Assembly (NCBI GenBank): GCA_036555485.1
Contig: DATBLG010000005.1
Span: 902 to 64,901 of the forward strand
DNA: 64,000 bases
Reading direction: 5' to 3'
Origin: Gemmatimonadales bacterium
GTDB taxonomy: Bacteria > Gemmatimonadota > Gemmatimonadetes > Gemmatimonadales > GWC2-71-9
In this document: positions 17,206 to 27,282 of the stretch, one piece after another
Layout: every line of letters begins with the position of its first letter
How positions within the stretch are numbered: position 1 is the first letter of the stretch
Notes under the pieces: model-generated
What the model saw: the letters and a program-made list of their open reading frames with translations, nothing else
Told to the model about the DNA's origin: nothing
Database searches by the model: none
Position numbers and translations under genes: made by a program

Positions 17206-18692
17206 GCCGCCGTCTCGCGCGCACGCTGCTCGTCGCGGCGGTCGCGCTGGTTTCGGCCGCGCATGTCGGCAGCCCCGACACCGTCTTTCAGGGCTCCGCC
17301 GGTCCCTACGACGTACGCGTAATTGTCCGGCCCCCCGGGATCGTGCCCGGACTCGCCGAGATCTCGGTGCGCGTCCTCTCCGGTGAGGGCGTGCGTTCGG
17401 TCGCGGTACTGCCACTACGCGGCGGCCGCCCCACCGCCCTCGAGCCGCCGCCCGACAGCGCGAAACCCGTGCCGGGTGATGCGCGGTTGTACAGCGCACA
17501 ACTGTGGCTGATGGAGAGCGGTGCCTACAGTATCCGCGTGGACGTCGCGGGCACGGCCGGCGCCGGGAGCGTCATCGTCCCGGTGAACTCGATCGCGACG
17601 CGGCGCCTCGGATTCGATACTCCCCTCGCCGCTGGGCTGCTCGGACTCGGGCTGTTGCTGTTCATCGGCGCCCTGACGATCGTCGGTGCCGCCGTGCGGG
17701 AGAGCGTACTGTCGCCCGGCGAGGAGCCGGATACGGCGCGCCGGCGCCGTTCATGGTGGGTACGGGTCGCGGCGGTTGGGCTGCTCGGCCTCGGCGTGTA
17801 CGGCGGCAAACTCTGGTGGGACGGCGCGGATGCCAGCCATGCGCAGAGCCTCTACCAACCGATGCAGGTGACGACGACCGTCGCCGAACAGAATAGCGCA
17901 TCAACCCTGCGCATCGCCATCACCGACTCCGAATGGCTCGGACGACAATACTCCCCGCTCATCCCGGATCACGGCAAGCTGATGCACCTGTTTCTGGTGC
18001 GACAGGACCTCGGGACGTTGGCCCACCTCCACCCTCTGATGCGCGATTCCAGCACGTTCGAGGCGGCGCTTCCCCCTCTCGCCCCGGGCAACTACCGCCT
18101 GTACGCCGACGTGGTGCACGAGAGCGGGTTCACGCAGACGCTGCTCGATTCGGTGACCATTCCAGCCGCGGTGACGAGGTGGCGACCGTCCGATCCCGAC
18201 GATTCGTGGTGGAGTAGTCCTCAGTCGTCAGCCGTCAGTAGTCAGCAGACTGTGCAGCTGGAAGATGGGGCAGCGATGGTCTGGGTACGGGATTCCACGA
18301 CGCTGTTCGCCGGACGCGATGTGGAGCTCAAGTTTGCGGTAACGGGGCGCGATGGCCGGCCGGCTGCGCTCGAGCCCTACATGGGCATGATGAGTCACGC
18401 CGTGGTCACGCGCGAAGACGGCAGCGTGTTCGTGCACCTGCATCCCGCCGGCACGATCGCGATGGCATCGCAGCTCGTCTATGCGTTGCGAGTGCCGGAA
18501 GACACCGTCCGCGGCCGGCTCGGCGCGAGAATCACCGCCGCCGAGGGTCAGGCAATGCAGATGGGACCGATGCCGGGGGGAGTCGTGTCATTCCCGTACG
18601 CGTTCCCCAAGCCAGGACTCTATCGAGTCTGGGTGCAGGTCAAGCGGGGAGGGCAGATCCTCACCGGACGGTTCGACGCGGATGTGCGATGA
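17202..18692 (+). CDS. Signal-peptide protein with central transmembrane helices and two C-terminal H-x-H-P repeat domains (possibly metal-binding), unknown function
   Basis: The ATG at 17202 forms an ATGA overlap with the upstream stop. The N-terminus is MSRRLARTLLVAAVALVSAAHV. Motifs HGKLMHLFLV...LAHLHP and MMSHAVVT...VFVHLHPAG occur in the C-terminal part. The track shows this gene only as the 3-prime part of the artefactual 842-aa ORF 16164..18692. Confidence 0.7.
   Translation: MSRRLARTLLVAAVALVSAAHVGSPDTVFQGSAGPYDVRVIVRPPGIVPGLAEISVRVLSGEGVRSVAVLPLRGGRPTALEPPPDSAKPVPGDARLYSAQLWLMESGAYSIRVDVAGTAGAGSVIVPVNSIATRRLGFDTPLAAGLLGLGLLLFIGALTIVGAAVRESVLSPGEEPDTARRRRSWWVRVAAVGLLGLGVYGGKLWWDGADASHAQSLYQPMQVTTTVAEQNSASTLRIAITDSEWLGRQYSPLIPDHGKLMHLFLVRQDLGTLAHLHPLMRDSSTFEAALPPLAPGNYRLYADVVHESGFTQTLLDSVTIPAAVTRWRPSDPDDSWWSSPQSSAVSSQQTVQLEDGAAMVWVRDSTTLFAGRDVELKFAVTGRDGRPAALEPYMGMMSHAVVTREDGSVFVHLHPAGTIAMASQLVYALRVPEDTVRGRLGARITAAEGQAMQMGPMPGGVVSFPYAFPKPGLYRVWVQVKRGGQILTGRFDADVR
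18216..18250. repeat. Single-arm heptamer array (5 x AGYNNTC, TCAG core) inside the 17202..18692 CDS
   Basis: agtcctc agtcgtc agccgtc agtagtc agcagac, translated as the Ser/Gln-rich stretch SSPQSSAVSSQQT. Confidence 0.6.
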
Positions 18693-18696
18693 GGAG

Positions 18697-18779
18697 CCGT
18701 CAGTCATCAGTCTTCAGACGTCAGTCTTGACACTCCCAGATCATCTGACAACGGATGACTGATGACTGATGACTGACGG
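18697..18779. repeat. Heptamer-armed long hairpin (TCAGTCA / TGACTGA units) just after the operon stop codon
   Basis: The left arm ccgtcagtcatcagtc (18697-18712) is the perfect complement of gactgatgactgacgg (18764-18779). Further imperfect heptamers continue inward. The element starts 5 nt after the TGA at 18690-18692. Confidence 0.8.
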
Positions 18780-18782
18780 TTC

Positions 18783-18819
18783 AGAAAAACCAAACCCGGC
18801 GCTAAAAGCTCGCCGGGTT
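18783..18819 (-). terminator. Hairpin with a U-tract on the minus strand (terminator-like; may act bidirectionally)
   Basis: 9-bp stem aacccggcg (18793-18801) / cgccgggtt (18811-18819). On the minus strand it is followed by tttggttttt. On the plus strand there is no T-tract. Confidence 0.45.
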
Positions 18820-19055
18820 GGCCGGTCGGGTGAGGTGGCCGTCACACCCCCTCCACGACCGTTACTGCATTGCGTTCAACCTGCCGCCGTCGCGCGGCGG
18901 CCTGTTGCATACCTCACACGGTCACGCGAGTTCCCGCTGGACGCCGCCAATCTGCCCGCGTTACGGGTTCGGCAGGTGAACACGGCGCAAGCGGCGTGTC
19001 AGGAAACCATGAAGCACTCACCGACCCCGCGCCGCGCGGTTACCATGAGAGGGCC

Positions 19056-20734
19056 ATGAGGTTCCCGCTGCCCAGCCGTCGGCGACCGCGTGCCGCGTAC
19101 ATCACGGCCCTGCTCGTGCTGGCGTTGGGGTTCGCGGTGGTCCTCGCAATGCAGGCGTTCGGCGCGTCGCAGTACCAAAAGGCGCAGGCCGAACGCGTGT
19201 TGCGTGACTATTCCGCCTACGCCGCCGCCCGCTTCGCCGGCCGATCGATCCAGGGGCTCTACTACTACGCCTTCATGCCCACGCTGAAGACCCTGGACTA
19301 CACGCGCGACCAACTCGGCCGCCTGCCCACGCCGGCGCAGCTCAAACCACCGGAAGACACGATGTCGCTCGCGTTCCGGCGGCGCGTGCGTTACGCCTTC
19401 GAACTCGATCTCCCCAAGCGCGGCATCACGTTCGCGGGTAAGTCCCCAGGACCCGAGTGGGGGCGCTGGCTCGCCGACACCGTTGCCGCGCAGGTGCGCC
19501 GCCTCCCGCCCAAGGAAGATCTGGCTGCCTTGATCGGCGGGCCGGGCGATGCGCGGGCCGTCGTGGTGTTCGGGCTGCCGCACGACCCGATCGCGGCACG
19601 CACGCGCGTGCTCGGCGTCGTCGCCGACATCGAGGCGCTGCAGCCGTACTTCGATTACGTGGCGGAAAGCTCGCCGTTGATCCCCGGCGTCCTGACCGGT
19701 GGCGTGGCGCTCGATTCCATCGGCTCCGTCGTCGTGCGCGACGCGCGTGGCGTGGCCGTCTATCGCACGCGTCAGCAATACGTCTCCAGCATCAACGGGC
19801 GCGATACGCTGGGGATCTACGTCGCCGGGCTCCAGGTGGAGGCGTCGCTGCGACCCGACCTTGCGGGACAGCTCGTGATCGGCGGGTTGCCGAAGTCCCG
19901 TCTCCCATTGTTGTTCACGCTGTTCGGCCTGACGGCTGGCCTCATCGTCATCGCGCTGTATCAGTTGCGCCGCGAGTCCGAGATCGCCGCGCTGCGGACC
20001 GATTTCGTCTCCGGCGTCTCGCACGAGCTGCGCACGCCGCTGGCGCAAATCCGCATGTTCGCCGAGACCCTGGTGCTGGGTCGCGTGCGCTCGGAAGAAG
20101 AGCGCCGCCGCTCGCTCGAGATCATCGACCAGGAGGCGCGCCGCCTCACCCACCTGGTCGAGAACCTGCTCCATTTCTCCCGCTCCGAGCGGCAGTCGTT
20201 GCGCGTGGCGCCCGCTCCGGCCGTGCTCGGTCCCTTGGTGCGCGCCGTGGTGGAGAGCTTCACGCCCTTGGCGGAAACGCGGAAGGTGCGGCTGCGCACG
20301 TCGCTGGCGGACGGAGTAGTGGGCTGTGTGGATGAGGGCGCGTTGCGCCAGATGCTGCTCAACCTGCTGGACAACGCCGTGAAATACGGACCGGACGGCC
20401 AGACGCTGACCGTCGGGATCGATCCGCCGGGAGGCGATCGCGCGCGCCTGTGGGTGCAGGACCAGGGCCCCGGCGTCCCGGCGGCGGACCGGGAACGCAT
20501 CTGGGATCAGTTCTGGCGTCTGGAGCGGGACCGCGGCTCGACGGTCGCGGGGACCGGGATCGGCTTGTCGGTGGTGCGCGAGCTCGCCACCCTGCATCGC
20601 GGGCGCGTCTGGGTGGAAGGTGCACCGGGCGGCGGTGCGCGGTTCGTGATCGAGGTCCCGGCCGCGAGCGCGCAGGCGCCCGATCCGGTCACTGCGCCCG
20701 GCCGCGTGGAACCCGTCGCCTCGCGGGCTGACGC

Positions 20735-20738
<4 letters not shown>
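19056..20738 (+). CDS. Sensor histidine kinase (periplasmic sensor domain, HisKA, HATPase_c)
   Basis: ORF 18870..20738. The ATG at 19056 gives MRFPLPSRRRPRAAYITALLVLALGFAVVL (TM1). It has an H-box (SGVSHELRTPL) plus N and G boxes (LLDNAVKYG, GTGIGLSVV). Confidence 0.85.
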
Positions 20739-21430
<692 letters not shown>

Positions 21431-21477
21431 GGGACGGGTCGGGCTGACGGAGGCGACCTCTGGATCGACGCGACTAC

Positions 21478-21891
21478 TTGCTGCGCCTGCTGGAGCAGAT
21501 GGGCCGTGCGGTGGCGCGGGTGCGCGAGCTGCTCACGGGCCAATTCGTGGCGGAGGCGGCGCGCGAGATCGAGGTCGTGGCCCAACAGGCCGGCGTTCCG
21601 TTGGCGCTCATCCGTGTGCTGAGCAACGACAGTCTCGCCCCGTTGTTGCTGACCGCCGGCGAGCCCGACCCCCTCAAGCGACTGCTGGCCGCAGAGTACC
21701 TCTACGTCGAGGCGCTCCGCGCGGAGCCGCATGACGCGATGGACCTGTTCGCGCGCGCTTTGGAATTGTACCGCGGCGTAGGCCCGCTCGCCGATGCGGC
21801 GCTCACCGCGGCCGCGGTCGATCGAATCACCGACCTCGAGCGACGTCTCGCGTCGCTCGATCCACTGCTTTCCCGGAGAGAACCATCGTGA
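21478..21891 (+). CDS. Hypothetical protein
   Basis: 137-aa ORF with a TTG start and no in-frame ATG or GTG upstream. Its codon bias is coherent, and its stop overlaps the next gene's start (GTGA). I recognise no family. Confidence 0.5.
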   Translation: MLRLLEQMGRAVARVRELLTGQFVAEAAREIEVVAQQAGVPLALIRVLSNDSLAPLLLTAGEPDPLKRLLAAEYLYVEALRAEPHDAMDLFARALELYRGVGPLADAALTAAAVDRITDLERRLASLDPLLSRREPS

Positions 21892-22622
21892 GACTCGACT
21901 TCATGTTGCTCGCCGCCCTGTTGGTCGGCGACGATCCGAAATCCGGCCAGGAAGTGGTCCGGGCCATGCATGACCGCTACGCCGGCAAGTGGTACCAGAC
22001 GCTGAGTTTTGTACAGCGCAACACCGCCTACCTGCCGGGCGACAGCCTGGAGCGTTCGACCTGGTTCGAGCGCGCGAAGATCCCCGGTACGCTGCGCATC
22101 GATTTTCGCGACGGCCCCGGATTCTCTCCGGACGGGGGGCTCCTGTTCACACGTGACTCGCAGTTCGTCTTCCAGGGTGACACGCTGTCCCAAGCCACTG
22201 CGTTCATTCACCCGCTCATGGTCCTCGGCTTCGATGTGTACGCGCAACCCGTCGATCGCACCATCGCGCAGCTTGGTCAGATCGGGTTCGATCTGTCGAC
22301 GGTGCATGAAGACACGTGGCAGGGTCGCCCCGTCTACGTCGTGGGGGCGAAATCGGGCGACCTGCGCACACGGCAATTCTGGGTCGACAAGGAACGGTTG
22401 GTATTCGTGCGGATGCTCGAGCCGGTGCGCCGCGACACGAGCCGCGTCAGCGAATCCCAGTTCAACCAGTACACCGCATTTGGCGGCGGATGGGTCGCCA
22501 TCGAAGTCCTGTTCCTCATCGATGGGCAGCGCCGCTGGCTGGAGGAGTATGCGGACGTGAAGGTCAACCCCGTTTTTCCGGACGCGGTGTTCGACGTGAG
22601 GCGATGGAAGGCAACGAAATAG
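21888..22622 (+). CDS. Hypothetical exported protein (possibly a LolA-like fold)
   Basis: 244-aa ORF, translationally coupled to 21478..21891. The fold suggestion is a weak impression only. Confidence 0.6.
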   Translation: MRLDFMLLAALLVGDDPKSGQEVVRAMHDRYAGKWYQTLSFVQRNTAYLPGDSLERSTWFERAKIPGTLRIDFRDGPGFSPDGGLLFTRDSQFVFQGDTLSQATAFIHPLMVLGFDVYAQPVDRTIAQLGQIGFDLSTVHEDTWQGRPVYVVGAKSGDLRTRQFWVDKERLVFVRMLEPVRRDTSRVSESQFNQYTAFGGGWVAIEVLFLIDGQRRWLEEYADVKVNPVFPDAVFDVRRWKATK

Positions 22623-23750
22623 TCAACGACGTGCCGCGCGATCGAACAGGGTCCGGATCTGCCTTCCCGCGCCGAGTGGGGCATCGCTCAGGTTGGAGGT
22701 GATCGCGATCACAACGCGTGAGTCGCGGTCGATCCCGAATGCGGTCGTGCCGCCGACCGAGCCGCCGCCATGGAATGCGAGCCGGTGGCCAAGGCTGTCA
22801 CTCGTGAGAAACCAGCCGATGCCGTAGCCGACCGGCATTCCATCGCGAGTCCGTTGCGAAGTAAACAGCAGGTCTAGTGTCGTCGCTTGCACGAAACCCG
22901 GGCGCAGCATGGCCGAGCCGAATTGCACCAGGTCCTCGGCGGTCGACAGGAACCCGCCTCCGGCCCATTTGTAGCTGTTATCTACCGGCCGCGATAGCAC
23001 GAAGCCGGCCGAGCTGTCCTGATCGTAGAAACGCGTCCGGTCGGGAATCAGGCTGTCGGCGCGGTCCGGCGCGGTGTGGGTGAGCCCCAACGGACCGATC
23101 ACGTGAGTGCTCATGTAGCGCAAGAAGTCCTCCCCCGACGCCCCTTCCACCACGGCTGAGATCAGATTCCAGCCGTAGCTCGAGTAGGAGAAACGGGTCC
23201 CAGGCTCGAACAACAGCGTGTCATCCGCAAAAATACCGAGGCCCTCGGTGACGGACGCGAAGCGCCGGTTCAGCATGAACTCGCCGCCGCGGTAATGACG
23301 GATCCCGGCCAGATGACCGGCGAGCGCGCGGGTGGTGACGGGCCACGGTTTCTGGGGGAATGAGGGGACGTACCGCTGTACCGGAGCGTCGAGGTCGAGC
23401 TTGCCCGCTTCCACCAGTCGCGCCACGGCCGCGGCGGTGAGCGGCTTCGACACGCTGCCGATGCGGAACAGCGTCGTCCGGGTGACGGGCACGCGACGCT
23501 CGACATCCGAGTAGCCGAAGGTCTCGGACCACACCAGTCGACCATCCACCGCCACCGCGACCTGCAAGCCGGGAATCCGCGGGACGAGGCTGTCACACAC
23601 CAAACGTCGCGCCGCCGCGATCGTCGCCTGGTAGTGGCTGTCCGCCCGGGCAACGACAGCCGGGCAGGCCGCGGCCTGTGACGCACTCGCGATCGGGACA
23701 GCCACGAGCAACGGTGCGCAGCAGGTGACGAGACGACGGACAATCCGCAT
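22623..23750 (-). CDS. Serine hydrolase, beta-lactamase/transpeptidase-like (class C family)
   Basis: ORF 22623..23942. The ATG at 23750 gives a signal peptide (MRIVRRLVTCCAPLLVAVPIASA). It has the SxxK motif (GSVSKPLTA). Confidence 0.8.
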   Translation of the reverse strand: MRIVRRLVTCCAPLLVAVPIASASQAAACPAVVARADSHYQATIAAARRLVCDSLVPRIPGLQVAVAVDGRLVWSETFGYSDVERRVPVTRTTLFRIGSVSKPLTAAAVARLVEAGKLDLDAPVQRYVPSFPQKPWPVTTRALAGHLAGIRHYRGGEFMLNRRFASVTEGLGIFADDTLLFEPGTRFSYSSYGWNLISAVVEGASGEDFLRYMSTHVIGPLGLTHTAPDRADSLIPDRTRFYDQDSSAGFVLSRPVDNSYKWAGGGFLSTAEDLVQFGSAMLRPGFVQATTLDLLFTSQRTRDGMPVGYGIGWFLTSDSLGHRLAFHGGGSVGGTTAFGIDRDSRVVIAITSNLSDAPLGAGRQIRTLFDRAARR

Positions 23751-23779
23751 GGCTTTCAAGGTGAGAGGTTGACGACCGG

Positions 23780-25198
23780 TTACAGCAGAATCCCGGCTAG
23801 CGTCGCCGAGAGAAAGTTCGCCAGCGTCCCGGCGAGCATGGCCTTGAAGCCGAGACGGGCGAGGTCGCCCTTGCGCTCGGGGGCGAGCGCGCCAATGCCA
23901 CCAATCTGGATGCCTACGGATCCGATGTTGGCAAAGCCGCACAGCGCGAAGGTCGCGATCGTGAACGACACCGGGCTGAGTGTGTCCTTGAGCGGCCCCA
24001 GCTGCGCGTACGCAATGAATTCGTTCAGCACCATGCGCGTCCCGAGCAGGCTGCCGACGGTCCCGCTGTCATTCCACGGCACGCCCATCACCCAGGCGAT
24101 CGGGCTGAACAGCCAGCCCAGCACGGTCTGGATGTTCTCCGGGAACCAGGGGAGGTAGCCGTGCACCCAGCCGAACGCGCCGTTGGCGAGGGCGACGAGC
24201 GCGATAAAGGAAACCAGCATCGCGATCACGTTCAGCATCAACTGCAAACCCTCGGTGGTACCGCGCGCGGCCGCATCCACCACGTTCACGTCGGTGCGCG
24301 GGATGTCGACTTTCACGCCCCCCAGCGTTTCCGGCGTGCCGGTCTCCGGCTCGAGGATCTTCGCCATCATGATGGTGCCAGGGGCGGTCATGATGACCGC
24401 GGTGAGCAGGTGGCGGGCCTCGATGCCGAAGGCAATGTAGGCGGCCATAATCGAGCCGGACACGTGCGCCATTCCGGCGGTCATGACCGTCATCAGCTCT
24501 GAGCGCGTCATACGCGGCAGGAAGGGCCGAATCGTGAGCGGCGCCTCCGTCTGCCCCATGAAAATGGATGCCGCGACGTTGAGGCTCTCGGCGCCGCTCG
24601 CGCCCATCACCTTGTTCATCACCACCGCGAAGGCTTTCACGACCAGCTGCATGACGCCGAGGTAGTACATGACCGCGAACAGCGCCGAGACGAAAATGAT
24701 CGCGGGAAGCACCTGGAACGCGAAGATCACCCCCAGGCTCGAGTGTTGCTTGCCGATCTCGCCGAACACGAACTCGGAGCCGACGTAGGAGAAGCTCAGG
24801 ATCGCGGTGACAAAGCGCCCCAGCGCCTGGAAGATCTGCTGGCCGACCGGGACGCGCAGCACGAATATGGCGAACGCTGCCTGCAGCCCGACTCCCCAGG
24901 CCACCACGCGCCAACTGATCGCCCGGCGGTTGCTCGACAGCAGGTATCCGATCCCGAGAATCGCCACGATGCCGAACAGTCCCACCAACCGCGCACCCAG
25001 GGGTCGAGGCGCGGCGGGCGGGGCCACAGGCACGGTGTCCATGATGGTCGTCGGGGGAGGCTGGACGAGCACGGTGGTATCGGGCTGTTGTCCCATCGCC
25101 GCGTGGACGGTGTTCCAGGCCAGACGCGGCACCGTGAACACGATGAGCGCGCACACGAACGTGGCGGCAAACGCGAAGGCGGTGCGACGCAGCGCCAT
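23780..25198 (-). CDS. nupC: NupC/CNT-family nucleoside:cation symporter
   Basis: 472-aa polytopic protein with typical CNT segments (GIVAILGIGYLLSSNRR, FMGQTEAPL, GFANIGSVGI). Confidence 0.85.
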   Translation of the reverse strand: MALRRTAFAFAATFVCALIVFTVPRLAWNTVHAAMGQQPDTTVLVQPPPTTIMDTVPVAPPAAPRPLGARLVGLFGIVAILGIGYLLSSNRRAISWRVVAWGVGLQAAFAIFVLRVPVGQQIFQALGRFVTAILSFSYVGSEFVFGEIGKQHSSLGVIFAFQVLPAIIFVSALFAVMYYLGVMQLVVKAFAVVMNKVMGASGAESLNVAASIFMGQTEAPLTIRPFLPRMTRSELMTVMTAGMAHVSGSIMAAYIAFGIEARHLLTAVIMTAPGTIMMAKILEPETGTPETLGGVKVDIPRTDVNVVDAAARGTTEGLQLMLNVIAMLVSFIALVALANGAFGWVHGYLPWFPENIQTVLGWLFSPIAWVMGVPWNDSGTVGSLLGTRMVLNEFIAYAQLGPLKDTLSPVSFTIATFALCGFANIGSVGIQIGGIGALAPERKGDLARLGFKAMLAGTLANFLSATLAGILL

Positions 25199-25263
25199 GC
25201 TGTCATGTCTCCGGAAGTGAGGAAGGGAAAGTGGCGCGCCTTCGGGGAAAGCGCAAAGCGGGC

Positions 25264-26487
25264 TCAGCCCTGCGTCCGTGCCCGGCCCAACGCGTCGGGG
25301 CCGAAACGCTCCCGCACCGCGTCGATGGCGCGCGCCAGGGTGCGGTCCCGCTCAGTCTCGGGCCCGGTACTGCGTTCGGTCTCGAGCAGCGCGAGCTGGG
25401 CCTCGGCCCCGGGGCGCTCGAGCTGCGACAGCGCCACGCCGATCAGCCGAGCAGGGACGTGCCGCGCATTCCTGAGCTTCGCGAGGAGCGTGCGCGCCAC
25501 GGCGTACACGGCGGCGTCGGTAAGCACCGGGGCCGGGAGCGTGCGACTCGCCTGCCGCGTGGTGAAGTCGGCGTCGCGCAACCGGACGGTGATGGTGTGG
25601 GCGACCAGACCATCCGCGCGCAGGTCGGTGGTGGCCCGGTCGACGAGCGCGAGCAGCTCGCGCAGCAGGTCGTCGTCGGCATCGAGGTCAGTCGGGAAGG
25701 TGTTGTCGCGACTGATGGACTTGGGATCGGCCCACGCCGCGACCGGGGACGAGTCGATCCCGCGCACCCGTTCCCACAGCCACACCCCTTCCCGCTCGCC
25801 CAGCCGGGTGATGAGCTCGGCGCGGTCGAGACGGGTGACGTCGTCCACCGTTCTCCAGCCGATCTGGGCGAGCCGCTGCTGCGATTTCGGTCCGATCATG
25901 GGAATGTCAGCGAGCGTAAACCGCCGCATGAACGTGGCCTCTTCCCCGGGCGCCACTACGTGCACACCGGGTCCCGGCGCTTCGGGAGTGGGCTTGGCCA
26001 CCCCGGCGGCGAGCTTGGCCACGAGCTTCGACGTGCCCCCGCCGACTGACACCCACAGCGTGGTGCCTTCGTGCACCGCTGCCCGGATGCGGCGCGCCGT
26101 GTCGGCGAGCGACTCTTCGTGGTACAGCTTCTCGGTGCCGGTGAGGTCGAGATAGGACTCGTCGCTCGACGCCTGCTCGACCACGGGAGCGAACCGCTCC
26201 AGGACCTCACGGATTTCGTGGGCTTTCGCCGCGCACGCCTCCCACGGGACGGGGACGACCAGCGCCTGGGGACAAAGGCGCATCGCGCGGGCCATCGGCA
26301 TGGCCGAGTGCACACCGAAGCGCCTGGCCTCGTAGGAGGCCGACGTGACGACGCCCCGGTGCTCGGCGGAGCCGCCGACGATCAGCAGGGGGGTGCGCCC
26401 GGCGCCGCCCGGATCGACCAGGCGCGCCACGGCGACGTAGAACGCATCGGCGTCGGCGAGGAGGATACGGCGCGGGGAGGCGCTCAT
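25264..26487 (-). CDS. dinB: DNA polymerase IV (Y-family translesion polymerase)
   Basis: ORF 25264..26496. It has the Y-family N-terminus (ILLADADAFYVAVA) and the SDESYLDLTG motif. The start is either 26487 or 26496. Confidence 0.85.
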   Translation of the reverse strand: MSASPRRILLADADAFYVAVARLVDPGGAGRTPLLIVGGSAEHRGVVTSASYEARRFGVHSAMPMARAMRLCPQALVVPVPWEACAAKAHEIREVLERFAPVVEQASSDESYLDLTGTEKLYHEESLADTARRIRAAVHEGTTLWVSVGGGTSKLVAKLAAGVAKPTPEAPGPGVHVVAPGEEATFMRRFTLADIPMIGPKSQQRLAQIGWRTVDDVTRLDRAELITRLGEREGVWLWERVRGIDSSPVAAWADPKSISRDNTFPTDLDADDDLLRELLALVDRATTDLRADGLVAHTITVRLRDADFTTRQASRTLPAPVLTDAAVYAVARTLLAKLRNARHVPARLIGVALSQLERPGAEAQLALLETERSTGPETERDRTLARAIDAVRERFGPDALGRARTQG

Positions 26488-26514
26488 GGCCTTCATATGT
26501 TAGCCTTCGCCGCC

Positions 26515-27282
26515 ATGACCACGCACTGGGTCCGCCTGCTCCTCGTCGCCAATATCCTGGCGTACTTCTGGCAGCAACAGCTCCCCCAGCAAGCCAGCGC
26601 GTTTGTACTTGTCCCGGCCCTGCTACCGGTGCGGCCGTGGACCGCGTTCACATACATGTTCCTGCACGCCGACTTCGGGCACATCCTCTTCAATATGTTG
26701 AGCCTGTTCTTTTTCGGGCCCCAGGTGGAAGACCGCTTGGGGGGGCGTCGGTTCCTCATCCTGTATTTCATCAGCGGACTCACGGGCGCCGCGGCGTCCG
26801 CCGTATTCACGCCCTACGTGAGGATCGTCGGCGCGTCGGCGGCGATCTTTGGCGTGATGCTCGCGTTCGCGCAATTCTGGCCGCACGCCCAAGTCTTGAT
26901 CTGGGGCATCATCCCGGTCCGGGCGCGCGTCCTCGTCGTCATCATGACAGTGCTGGCGCTGCTGGGCGGCGCCCGCCTGTTGGAGCCGAATGTGGCCCAC
27001 TTCGCGCACCTGGGCGGATTCCTGGGCGGGTGGCTGGTTCTGCGGGTGTTCGCGGCGCGGCAACTCGCGGCCCGGGCGCGATCCGGATTCCCCGTGCCCG
27101 CGGCGGCAGGCCCCGCGCCGAACGCCGAGACGACCGAAAAGTGGAAGCGGATTGCGCTCGACCAGCTGCACCCGGTGAACCGCGAGGAGGTCGAGCGCGT
27201 GCTCGCCAAGCTCACCACGCTCGGTGCCGCCGGCCTCACGGCCGACGAGCGCGCGTTGCTCGACCGTTTCAGCGCGATCTAG
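26515..27282 (+). CDS. Rhomboid-family intramembrane serine protease
   Basis: This is the 3-prime part of track ORF 26071..27282. It has the motifs HADFGHILFNM, GASAAIFG (catalytic Ser) and HLGGFLGG (catalytic His). The start is 26515, or 26497, which would abut the dinB start. Confidence 0.8.
   Translation: MTTHWVRLLLVANILAYFWQQQLPQQASAFVLVPALLPVRPWTAFTYMFLHADFGHILFNMLSLFFFGPQVEDRLGGRRFLILYFISGLTGAAASAVFTPYVRIVGASAAIFGVMLAFAQFWPHAQVLIWGIIPVRARVLVVIMTVLALLGGARLLEPNVAHFAHLGGFLGGWLVLRVFAARQLAARARSGFPVPAAAGPAPNAETTEKWKRIALDQLHPVNREEVERVLAKLTTLGAAGLTADERALLDRFSAI

Noticed and set aside
16164-18692. 842-aa ORF in the track, apparently the largest gene of this region.
   Set aside because: Its first 346 codons overlap the well-formed membrane-protein gene 16036-17205 in another frame and translate to Arg/Gly/Pro-rich nonsense. 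A signal-peptide start at 17202 with an ATGA overlap explains the real gene.
18996-19016. SRP-RNA-like motif gtgtcaggaaaccatgaagca upstream of the histidine kinase gene.
   Set aside because: Only the GUCAGG and GAAGCA fragments resemble domain IV. The GNAR tetraloop helix (CC-GGAA-GG) cannot form, and no 5-prime/3-prime closing helix is apparent.
26494-26499. CATATG where the longest dinB and rhomboid ORFs would start back to back with no intergenic DNA.
   Set aside because: Both genes have in-frame alternative ATGs (26487 and 26515) that leave a short divergent spacer and remove non-conserved N-terminal residues. The zero-spacer arrangement is probably an ORF-calling artefact, so it is not reported as a finding.
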